Shown here one piece after another: positions 1-8,210 of a stretch of DNA of 64,000 nt; positions within the stretch are counted from its first letter, which is position 1, and every line of letters begins with the position of its first letter. The DNA comes from Bacteroidota bacterium (GTDB lineage Bacteria > Bacteroidota > Bacteroidia > Flavobacteriales > Flavobacteriaceae). The notes under the pieces were generated by a model. The model saw only the letters and a list, made by a program, of their open reading frames with translations. It was not told where the DNA came from and did not search any database. Location: contig JAJRRO010000133.1 in assembly GCA_024279425.1 (NCBI GenBank), positions 20,759 to 84,758 on the forward strand. Reading direction: 5' to 3'. The translations under genes were made by a program, and so were the position numbers.

Positions 1-2648
1 GCAAACTCTTCAAAAGACAAAGAATTTGCAAGTCCGGCAGGCATCATTGAATTCTCCAATTCCTCTCGCTTTTCTATGTCTTCTATTTTAAGAGTTGACA
101 CTTGCCCAGCTATATTTCGAATGACAAGTTTCTCGGCGGACTCCTCAGATACAAACCCCGAATAAGACTTGCCATCTTTAGTGCCGATAAGGACTGAAGC
201 AAACCCTTGGGAGATAGAGGCATTGGGCTTGAGAATTGATTCTGCAATCTGTTCACGGTTCATTATGGATCCTATCTGTCCCATAAACGGCCCTTTCATA
301 AGCTCTTCTTTTTTAATACTATGACAGGCAACACAACCTTGTTGTGTGAAAAGTTTTCCCCCAAGTTCAGCGTCCCCTTTGATCTTCGCCATGGCCAGCA
401 TAATATCTTCTATGGAGCTTTTTCTTATTTGTCCTTTTCTGTTCTTGATTTTTTCTAAATCCACCTGTGCTTCCGAATCGGCATCTTCTACATCTGATTC
501 ATCTCCGCCAAATTCGATGATTCCCATGCGATGTCTGGCATTTAAATCGGAGAAAAAGTCCTTCCCTTTGGTATTTGCTTTTTTCCATACATCAACTAAA
601 AATTCCTTGATTATTCCGGAACCTTCCCAGGTAATTCCCTTATAATAAGGACCGTGGGTATCAGGACGCGTGCTCCACCACCAAGACCCATCATAGGGGG
701 CCTCTTTTTTATATAATCGGGATATTGTGGTAAGTATTTCTTTTTTAAAATCGTCATCGTCTGTTTCCCTATAGGCTTTTATAAGGCCATTTACGGCAGT
801 GGTATCATGCATATGCCTAAGGGTCCACAATGCCAATTTAGATTGCCTGGAGCCCAAGGCCTCAACACTTTCTTCAATACCATCCAATTTCAATAATGTA
901 CGAACAGCCAAATGGGGAAGTATCACGTTTGCGTTAGGGGTCGCATGCGGGCCTTCAATACCTTTTTCTGGAGCCTTTAAAGCTACTGGCACAGGTACTT
1001 TCAATAATTCCCGTATTGCACCTTTGTTTTCAAGTCTACCCAACCCAACTATCGCTATCGCTCTAACCCTTTCAGAAGGATCTCTTAATGCCTCAAGGAA
1101 TGGCTCCAAAGGAACATCTGAAATATTTGATTTACGGTCGGCCAAGGCTCTTAATACAAATTCACGAGTACTGGAATTCTTAGTAAGGGACACTAAGTTT
1201 TCAATGCCTTCAATGCCAGCGATTTGAGCATATGTAAATATTCCTGCAATCTGGGCTTCTAATCTCAAACGTATATCCGAAGCAATTTTCCAGACCGCTT
1301 CTGAGGCATTTTTCTTATTTCTGGTCAACAATTCCTGTTGGGCATGTAATCTTATTTTTGCACTTTCAGAGGTTAAGAGTGTGGCCAGTTTATTTTCTGA
1401 TAATTCTTCCAAATCTGCAAAAGGTTTGTATTGCCATCCTTGGGGAACCACTCTTACTACAAACCCCTTATCTGGACTACCAGAATACCCGGCCCCATCC
1501 CAGGCCGACATATATATTCTTCCGGATGCATCTATGTCCAAATCCGTGATTTGGGGCAGTCCAAGAAATTCCTCCTCCTTTTGTATAAAACTGGGACCAT
1601 CTTCCCTTACCCTATGGATATACAAGTGCGACCTTCCCCAATCTGCCATCATGGGAACATTGTTGTATTTGTCCAGCCAATTGGGATCGTTCATAAAGAG
1701 TGATCCTGCGCCAGATCCCCCACCTACGTCTATAAGGGCCGGAAGTATTTCATCCGTAAAATTCTTAAACAATACAGGATACCCATATTCCCCTGATTGT
1801 ATCTGATGGATAAAACGGATATTCCAACCTCCGCCATCATTGGTATTGCCTCTTGTAAAAATATTCATATAGGGATCAATGGCCACATCATAGATATTTC
1901 GAAGGCCATGAGTATACACTTCCATTTCGGTACCATCTGGTCTTACCCTCAAAATACCACCACCCAACATGGTAAGCTCAGTACCTTCGCGATCAATGGC
2001 TCCATGAAAACCAAAATCACCTACTGCAATATAAATCCAGCCGTCTATTCCCATTTGAATACCGTTGGTAGCATGATCAGTACCCCGGCTCTGCAAAAAT
2101 TTTGGGGAACTGATGTGTTCCAGGATTGGTTTAGATGGGCCATCAGCTTTGCCATCCTGATTTTCATCTTCAAATACTACTAAATCCATTCCAGTGGCCT
2201 TACCCGTTTCTTCTGAGAATTGCGTGTGTAAAACGTAAAGTTTATTGCCTATTGGAAGGATTCCCCTCGGATTATCAACGGGTGCATAAATAGAGTGGGA
2301 ATCCATAAATCCATCATTATCGCAATCCACCAATTTAACAATACTCCCTTTACCCGGATCCTTCCCCAAGGAGCCTATCATGTCGACCCCCACAAAAACA
2401 TCTCCATTGGGTGCCACTGCCAAACATGCAGGACTAGGAGTTATATCTTCTCTTGCGAATCCGTTCACTTGGATATCGGATGGCCAATTCAATGATTGAA
2501 CAAGGGAATCGTTCCATTGCCGAAAGGTATCGGAAGGACCTTGGGGAGAGCAAACTTGTTTTTCCTCACCGCAACTTACCGCGGTAAGTCCTATTAAAAA
2601 TGCGACAAGAATATGCGATTTCTTTCTGAGTACTTGGCCTATGGTCAT
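1..2648 (-). CDS. Large lipoprotein with a beta-propeller (glucose/sorbosone-dehydrogenase-like) region, HEAT repeats and a C-terminal c-type cytochrome domain (PVC-type heme-binding CxxCH protein). Its 3' end runs off the window start.
   Basis: Minus-strand ORF from ATG at 2648-2646 that stays open to the window edge, so it is absent from the ORF track. N-terminus MTIGQVLRKKSHILVAFLIGLTAVSCG is a lipoprotein signal. A C-terminal QGCVACHSIKKEEL heme-binding motif is encoded near 307-321. The plus-strand ORFs listed between 346 and 2495 are antisense shadows of this gene. Confidence 0.6.
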   Translation of the reverse strand, partial: MTIGQVLRKKSHILVAFLIGLTAVSCGEEKQVCSPQGPSDTFRQWNDSLVQSLNWPSDIQVNGFAREDITPSPACLAVAPNGDVFVGVDMIGSLGKDPGKGSIVKLVDCDNDGFMDSHSIYAPVDNPRGILPIGNKLYVLHTQFSEETGKATGMDLVVFEDENQDGKADGPSKPILEHISSPKFLQSRGTDHATNGIQMGIDGWIYIAVGDFGFHGAIDREGTELTMLGGGILRVRPDGTEMEVYTHGLRNIYDVAIDPYMNIFTRGNTNDGGGWNIRFIHQIQSGEYGYPVLFKNFTDEILPALIDVGGGSGAGSLFMNDPNWLDKYNNVPMMADWGRSHLYIHRVREDGPSFIQKEEEFLGLPQITDLDIDASGRIYMSAWDGAGYSGSPDKGFVVRVVPQGWQYKPFADLEELSENKLATLLTSESAKIRLHAQQELLTRNKKNASEAVWKIASDIRLRLEAQIAGIFTYAQIAGIEGIENLVSLTKNSSTREFVLRALADRKSNISDVPLEPFLEALRDPSERVRAIAIVGLGRLENKGAIRELLKVPVPVALKAPEKGIEGPHATPNANVILPHLAVRTLLKLDGIEESVEALGSRQSKLALWTLRHMHDTTAVNGLIKAYRETDDDDFKKEILTTISRLYKKEAPYDGSWWWSTRPDTHGPYYKGITWEGSGIIKEFLVDVWKKANTKGKDFFSDLNARHRMGIIEFGGDESDVEDADSEAQVDLEKIKNRKGQIRKSSIEDIMLAMAKIKGDAELGGKLFTQQGCVACHSIKKEELMKGPFMGQIGSIMNREQIAESILKPNASISQGFASVLIGTKDGKSYSGFVSEESAEKLVIRNIAGQVSTLKIEDIEKREELENSMMPAGLANSLSFEEF

Positions 2649-2776
2649 TAAATACGTGCCTTATCAATTAAAAATTGGTTCGGATTTTGATTTTTTAAAA
2701 TCGGCGTGAAAATACAATTTTGAAGCCAATGCAAAAAAAAAGGAACTCAAAAAACACCTCATAGAGCAGTTCTTTA

Positions 2777-4951
2777 CTAAAAATCAATGGTGGCCCCCAA
2801 CAAAAAGTTGGCGCCAGCCTGTGGGTAATACCCGGCACCTTCAATAGTCGTTGTTGTATCTGGAATAGACCATGTATCATCATAGGTATAGAAATACCCG
2901 TTTGAAACATACTTGGCATTAAATATATTATTTAACAATGCAGACAAGGTAATGCTCTTGACCACTGAATTTGCTTTAATGATATATTGCACGTTAAAAT
3001 CGGTTTGAGAATAGGCGTCCAGTATTGAACTTTTAGCATCTATATTGCCCATATACTGTTTGCCCACATATTTACTCAACACTGAAATCTGTAATTCCTC
3101 CCTTGGGTTGTATGAAATTCTGTTTCCTAATACAATATCTGGTGAAAATGTGATATTGGTATTTCCCAAATCCTGCAACACCCCATCCCTCTGAAAAACG
3201 AACTCTTTATTTTTATTTGAGCTCAGAGCCATATTAGGGCTTATGGAGAATTTACTTCCCAAAGCGATGTTAGCATCAATCTCTAATCCAAAACGATAAC
3301 TATCACCTACATTGGCCCTCAATGGAGCACCTACATCATTCAGTTCCCCTGTAAGCACCAACTGATCCTTATAGTTCATGTAATACAAATTGGTGTTCAA
3401 TTGAACATCTGAAGAGATGTAACGCCACCCCAACTCATAATCATTCAATTTTTCGGGTTTAGGATTGCCGTTTTCATAGTCATTTCGATTGGGCTCTCGA
3501 TTTGCCACAGCATATGATAAATAGAACTTATTGTTTGAATCCAAATCATAGGTAATCCCCGCCTTGGGGTTAAAGAAGTTGAACGTGTCATCAACCAATC
3601 CTGTATCATCGCCATTGGCCTCATAACCTACTCCTCTGTATTGTAGGTCCCCAAAAAGACTCCAATTATCATTCAGTTTATAATTGGCCTTTGCGAATAC
3701 ATTAAAATCGGTCTTTTTGGAGGAGTCGTCATAGTATCTATCCCGAATGCTACTATTTGGAGCGAATTCCGCCCAAATCACCTCGCCAAAATGATCGCCC
3801 TCGTACTTGTTCCATCCACCTCCAAGAATCACGTTTAATTTTTCATTGGTATAATTGGCAGAAAAAACGGTACCGTAAAAATCATTATCCAACCATCTTC
3901 GACGAATTAAGTCTGTGGTATTTACCTCAGCTCCATTAACGGTCAATGGTTGAAAGCCGTATGTGGCAAAATCATCATCTTCCTTGAATTGTTCAAAGAA
4001 ACCACGTCCTCTGGTATAATGCAATGCCAGATTTGTGCTCCAACTATCATTCAATTGCTGGTTCCATAGAAGTTGGGCATGGTTTTGCTTATAATTGTCA
4101 ACTTCGTTTTCGTAAAATTGGGTGTTCCCATTTTCATCTATATAGATTCCGGATGGATTGAAAGTCCGATCGGACTCTAAAGTGACAGCATCAATACCAT
4201 ACCAAGCTTGATAAGTAATTTCATGGCCGCCAAAAAGTACGGCTTTCAATAGCGTATTTTCTTTTTTGAAAGCGCCTTGTAAGAAATAGGAATCCAACTT
4301 TGAAGAGGCTCTATCAATATATCCATCAGAACTGATTTTAGATAACCGTCCTGAAATCTCAACATTGTCCTTTAGCAAACCCGTACTAAACCTTATATTG
4401 TTTCTCAAAGTGTTATAACTCCCAACCGATGTCGAAATTTGACCAAAGGCCTCTTCGGATACACCATCGGTCACGATATTCAGGCTCGCCCCAAAGGCTC
4501 CCGCCCCATTGGTCGATGTGCCTACACCACGCTGTAGTTGCAAACTTTGGGTCGACGAAGCAAAGTCTGGCATGTTAACCCAAAACGTGCCGTGCGATTC
4601 AGAATCATTATAGGGAATTCCATTAATGGTCACGTTTACCCGTGTGGCGTCGCTTCCTCGAACACGTATTCCGGTATACCCTATACCTGCCCCTGCATCG
4701 GATGTGGTGACCACTGCAGGCATAAAATTCAATAGAATGGGAATATCCTGCCCCAAATTCCTAGGCTTTAATTGTTCTTTGGTAAGATTTGTAAATGTTA
4801 CCGGTGATTCTTTAGTGACCCGAATGGCAGAAACAAAGACTTCATCCAAGTCTATTTTTTTACCTTTTATCGAATCTATTGGTGTTTCTTGGGCCGATAG
4901 ACCCATGGCCAGGCCAATAAGGCCCATTGTTGTGAAAATAGATGATTTCAT
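2777..4951 (-). CDS. TonB-dependent outer-membrane receptor under TPP riboswitch control (candidate thiamine or thiamine-precursor OM transporter)
   Basis: Signal peptide MKSSIFTTMGLIGLAMGLSAQE from ATG at 4951 (ORF-track start 5047 is upstream of the likely start). Plug-domain motifs (DEVFVSAIR, TGIRVRG). Terminal residue F typical of a beta-barrel. THI-box riboswitch lies immediately upstream on the same strand. Confidence 0.85.
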   Translation of the reverse strand: MKSSIFTTMGLIGLAMGLSAQETPIDSIKGKKIDLDEVFVSAIRVTKESPVTFTNLTKEQLKPRNLGQDIPILLNFMPAVVTTSDAGAGIGYTGIRVRGSDATRVNVTINGIPYNDSESHGTFWVNMPDFASSTQSLQLQRGVGTSTNGAGAFGASLNIVTDGVSEEAFGQISTSVGSYNTLRNNIRFSTGLLKDNVEISGRLSKISSDGYIDRASSKLDSYFLQGAFKKENTLLKAVLFGGHEITYQAWYGIDAVTLESDRTFNPSGIYIDENGNTQFYENEVDNYKQNHAQLLWNQQLNDSWSTNLALHYTRGRGFFEQFKEDDDFATYGFQPLTVNGAEVNTTDLIRRRWLDNDFYGTVFSANYTNEKLNVILGGGWNKYEGDHFGEVIWAEFAPNSSIRDRYYDDSSKKTDFNVFAKANYKLNDNWSLFGDLQYRGVGYEANGDDTGLVDDTFNFFNPKAGITYDLDSNNKFYLSYAVANREPNRNDYENGNPKPEKLNDYELGWRYISSDVQLNTNLYYMNYKDQLVLTGELNDVGAPLRANVGDSYRFGLEIDANIALGSKFSISPNMALSSNKNKEFVFQRDGVLQDLGNTNITFSPDIVLGNRISYNPREELQISVLSKYVGKQYMGNIDAKSSILDAYSQTDFNVQYIIKANSVVKSITLSALLNNIFNAKYVSNGYFYTYDDTWSIPDTTTTIEGAGYYPQAGANFLLGATIDF

Positions 4952-5044
4952 CCGTAAAATATATTTACGAATAAAAGGGGCTATTATTCTTGTTAAAAAT
5001 TGATTTTTGGTTTCTTGTAAACCGATTGAAATTCCAAATAAGCG

Positions 5045-5140
5045 CAACGCACATCCCTTAGCAGCATTACCCGCCCAGGTTCCTTGGGTATAATCTCAGC
5101 CCTCCGATAGCTATCGGCAAGCACCCCTTTGAGATGGCAC
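5045..5140 (-). promoter_or_regulatory. TPP (thiamine pyrophosphate, THI-box) riboswitch in the 5' leader of the TonB-dependent receptor
   Basis: Minus-strand sequence GGGGTGCttgCCGATAGCTATCGGagGGCTGAGAttatACCCaagGAACCTGggcGGGTAATGCtGCtAAGGGA. It matches the THI-element conserved blocks in order: GGGGTGC, CTGAGA, ACCC, GAACCTG and GGTAATGC...AGGGA. A variable P3 hairpin lies between the first two blocks. The core spans about 5054-5127. Confidence 0.8.
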
Positions 5141-5233
5141 AAATGTACTATTGAAAAATAACTCATCATAACAAAAAATGAATTACTTTCAAAAAATTGG
5201 ATATAGCCGTTCTTAAACTGAGGTATTCCTTTG

Positions 5234-6772
5234 TTAAACCTGATGGGTAGGTTTCAACAAATCGTTGACGGTCTTAACCGGATTAAAGGTCGCAAGTGGC
5301 ACTTCAACAAAAATAGAATTCCAAAATGCCATGGCACCATTCCAAAGCCCAGGCAATTCCAATGCTTTCAACTCCCGGCCTTCTTTGGTCTTACTTGATA
5401 TAAAACCCTGTTTGTGGTCCACAAAATTCAAAAGATTGTACTTTTCTCCATTAAAGTTCTTTACTCCACATACCAAATCAACCGGATTGAAATGGGTCGA
5501 ATTTTTGAGAATATCAACTTGCTTTTCATTGGACATGTCTATTTGAGCCGATTCAATAATCTGTAAAACAATATGATTATGTGCATTCTTTATCCAAAAT
5601 GGCCCGCCGCCAGGTTCGCCCTCATTTTTGACCATTCCACAAATTCGGATAGGCCTATTAATTTTATCTTTCAATATCTCAATCTGCTCACCAATGCTAA
5701 AACCGGAATACTTATCAATAAAGCGGACATTAAGTTCATTTTCCAAAAAGGATTTGATTTCTGTCATCAACTGAGCCGACAAATTATTTTCGTCCAATAA
5801 TTTGGCATATTCAAAGGCCTTCTCCTGTACATTTAAAAGTAATCCCGCCAACATTTTTTTACTGTTTGCCAATTCCTCCTGAGCGTCTGGTACTACAACA
5901 TTATCTATGTTCTTTATAAAAATAATATCGGCCTCTTCTTCGTTAAGATTTTCTATCAGTGCCCCATGGCCTCCTGGTCTAAAAAGTAAAGACCCATCAG
6001 AATTACGAAATAAATTATTCTCCAAATCAACGGCGACTGTATCGGTGGAAGATTTTTGATAGGAGTATCCTATGTTAAATGAGGTTTCGGTCTCTTTTGA
6101 CAAGCGCGGGTTCACTTCCTTATATTGGGCGCTGAACATCTTCATATGTTGTTCGGAAATAGTAAAGTGCAGGTTAGCCTCATCACCCATTTTAGCATAA
6201 TTTGCCGCTTCCCTTAGATGTTCTTCAAAGGGAGTCGCACTATGGTCTCCATAATTGTGGAAGGGCAAAAGGCCTTTAGGATAAAATCCGTAATTCAACC
6301 CTCCTTCCAACATCATTTCCTTTACAAAAAGATAGATTTCTTCGTCCTTGTTGGCCGCCTTTCCTTTTATTCTTTCCTGAACTACATCATAAAAGGAAAA
6401 ATTCGTAAGGCCTTGACTAAAAAGGCGTATATCGGAATCATCGGTCCGATCAATGTAGTCTTCCAAACTTTCCTTACTTGGGTCGTAAACATCCAAAAAA
6501 TTGAACAACGTCTTGAACATTCTAGAGGCAGCACCAGAAGCCGGAACAAATTTAAGAATGGACAACTTGTCCATGGATCCCTCAAAGGTATTGATTAAGG
6601 CTTTTTGTTCCTTAGCTGTAAATTTGCTTATTCCATTACCTATCACAGCGGCATTTTCCAAATCGACAAAGGGTATTCCCTCTTTAAAAATTTCTACCTG
6701 ATTCCTTACTTTTTCTTTGGTTATACCCTTTTCGGCTAATAACTCTTGGTCTTTTTCGGTCAGTTGCATCAT
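5234..6772 (-). CDS. DUF4301-like protein with a UDP-sugar pyrophosphorylase (UDPGP)-like nucleotidyltransferase fold
   Basis: 512-aa ORF. Three motifs resemble UDPGP-family pyrophosphorylases: KFVPASGAASRMF (the G-x-G-T/S-R-L/M nucleotide-binding loop), RPGGHGALI (P-x-GHG) and IKNIDNVVV (N-x-DN-L/V). Its start ATGATG overlaps the TGA stop of the upstream kinase gene (ATGA overlap). Confidence 0.55.
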   Translation of the reverse strand: MMQLTEKDQELLAEKGITKEKVRNQVEIFKEGIPFVDLENAAVIGNGISKFTAKEQKALINTFEGSMDKLSILKFVPASGAASRMFKTLFNFLDVYDPSKESLEDYIDRTDDSDIRLFSQGLTNFSFYDVVQERIKGKAANKDEEIYLFVKEMMLEGGLNYGFYPKGLLPFHNYGDHSATPFEEHLREAANYAKMGDEANLHFTISEQHMKMFSAQYKEVNPRLSKETETSFNIGYSYQKSSTDTVAVDLENNLFRNSDGSLLFRPGGHGALIENLNEEEADIIFIKNIDNVVVPDAQEELANSKKMLAGLLLNVQEKAFEYAKLLDENNLSAQLMTEIKSFLENELNVRFIDKYSGFSIGEQIEILKDKINRPIRICGMVKNEGEPGGGPFWIKNAHNHIVLQIIESAQIDMSNEKQVDILKNSTHFNPVDLVCGVKNFNGEKYNLLNFVDHKQGFISSKTKEGRELKALELPGLWNGAMAFWNSIFVEVPLATFNPVKTVNDLLKPTHQV

Positions 6773-7332
6773 TTGTTCAATAAGTTATCAATGTGTTCTA
6801 CAGCAGTTTTAAGGCGTGTTTTTTTATCCCCTTTTAAGATAACAAAATTCCTATTATGTTTCTCCAAGGTTTCCTTGAAATATAAAAACATACGTTCCCG
6901 CTCATTGGGTTTGTCTCGTAAATCATCCGCCTGCCACGGAATATCTATATATGTAAGAAAATAAAGGTCATACGAATTCGCTAAAGCATATTTCTCCAAA
7001 CTTGAATCGCAATATCCTAAATAATAAGCCTCGGAATACACCTTGGTCTCCAACAGATCAGTATCGCATACCAGCAAGTCAGAGGCTTTTTTGGCCAAAT
7101 CATTTTCCAAGCGCATTTGCCCTTCGGCAATGGGCAATAAATCCTGAGGTTCACAGGTCTTTCTTTCATTGTTCCATTTATCCTGTAGATACGCTCTGGC
7201 ATATTCCGGCACCCATACTGTATTATAATGCCTGGCAAGCTGTTCGGACAAGGTGGTTTTCCCAGTAGACTCAGGGCCAAATAACACTACTTTAACGACA
7301 TCTGAGGGTTGTTGTCTAAATTTTTCTTCCAT
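6769..7332 (-). CDS. NadR-type P-loop kinase (ribosylnicotinamide kinase-like ATPase, AAA_28)
   Basis: 187 aa. Walker A motif VLFGPESTGKTT close to the N-terminus, as in the RNK domain of NadR. Overlaps both neighbouring genes, which implies translational coupling. Confidence 0.7.
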   Translation of the reverse strand: MEEKFRQQPSDVVKVVLFGPESTGKTTLSEQLARHYNTVWVPEYARAYLQDKWNNERKTCEPQDLLPIAEGQMRLENDLAKKASDLLVCDTDLLETKVYSEAYYLGYCDSSLEKYALANSYDLYFLTYIDIPWQADDLRDKPNERERMFLYFKETLEKHNRNFVILKGDKKTRLKTAVEHIDNLLNK

Positions 7333-7925
7333 GCAAGGTAACCATATATGGCAATGAACGTAAATATAAGATACTGAATACTTGTAAACGTAAAACCTTT
7401 ATAAAAATATAAAGGGACGGAAATAATATCCCCAATAATCCAATAAATCCAATTTTCAATTTTTCGTTTTGCCATAAGCCACATACCCACAAAAAATATC
7501 GCCGTTGTCACCGTGTCAACATAAGCTGTCCAACTTGTCCATTTATCAAAGATTTGATACACCGCGTACACAAAAACCAAGGTTACAATAAATATAAGAA
7601 CCGATGTTCTTTGTTCCTTTTTTGTAGTTGAGGAAATAGGAGTAAAATGTGTGGCATCTACTTTCCGGGTCCAAATATACCACCCATAGACGCTCATAAT
7701 AAAATAATACCCATTAATGAGCATGTCCCCTATTAAACCCCACTGATAAAGTAAATATACATAAATGGATGTGCTGATCATTCCTGTTGGATACACCAGA
7801 ATGTTGTTCTGCTTTGAAAACCAAACGGATAATAACCCAAAGATTACCGCAACAATCTCAAGTACAATATGATAGGTTTGATACTCGGCGTATTGACTGA
7901 ACAAATCATCAAAAATGTGGCTCAT
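7287..7925 (-). CDS. pnuC: PnuC-family (nicotinamide riboside/Pnu) integral membrane transporter. Substrate uncertain: NR (PnuC) or thiamine (PnuT).
   Basis: 212 aa, about 7 TM helices, aromatic-rich W/Y motifs typical of Pnu transporters. Co-operonic with a NadR-like kinase, as in PnuC-NadR systems. Confidence 0.7.
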   Translation of the reverse strand: MSHIFDDLFSQYAEYQTYHIVLEIVAVIFGLLSVWFSKQNNILVYPTGMISTSIYVYLLYQWGLIGDMLINGYYFIMSVYGWYIWTRKVDATHFTPISSTTKKEQRTSVLIFIVTLVFVYAVYQIFDKWTSWTAYVDTVTTAIFFVGMWLMAKRKIENWIYWIIGDIISVPLYFYKGFTFTSIQYLIFTFIAIYGYLAWKKNLDNNPQMSLK

Positions 7926-8169
7926 ATTCGCTTCGGTCAGATTTCACAACTTTCATGTATAATAGACCCTTATCCATGAGCTCAAAAGCTTCCTTGATTT
8001 GCCTGTTCAAAACCGCCATTACTTCATCATATGTACCAAAGACTTGGGTACTGAGAGGGTTCTCTAAAATTGTAAGTCCCGATGCTCTCAATTTCTTTAT
8101 AAAATCGACGATATGCTGTTCAAAATCATCTTGAAGTGGTGAAAAAGTAAGTTCAACTGAAATTTTCAT
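7909..8169 (-). CDS. MTH1187/YkoF-family (DUF77, thiamine-binding-protein-like) small protein
   Basis: Start taken at MKISVELTFSPLQDD (internal Met of the 101-aa track ORF). The pattern I-x-V-E-L-T-x-x-P-L ... GTYDEVMAVLNRQIKEAF matches the ferredoxin-like MTH1187/YkoF family. Its 3' end overlaps the pnuC start by 17 nt. Confidence 0.55.
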   Translation of the reverse strand: MKISVELTFSPLQDDFEQHIVDFIKKLRASGLTILENPLSTQVFGTYDEVMAVLNRQIKEAFELMDKGLLYMKVVKSDRSEYEPHF

Positions 8170-8210
8170 TATACGGTTGTTGGTTGTGTTGGTAAAACTA
8201 CTAAAAACAA

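Noticed and set aside
346-2495. Seven plus-strand ORFs of 60-142 aa in the ORF track
   Set aside because: They lie antisense to a continuous minus-strand reading frame of more than 880 codons with clear domain content. Their sequences are low-complexity shadow ORFs.
2695-2919. 74-aa minus-strand ORF overlapping the 3' end of the TonB receptor gene
   Set aside because: Out-of-frame overlap with a well-supported gene and no signal or motif. A shadow ORF.
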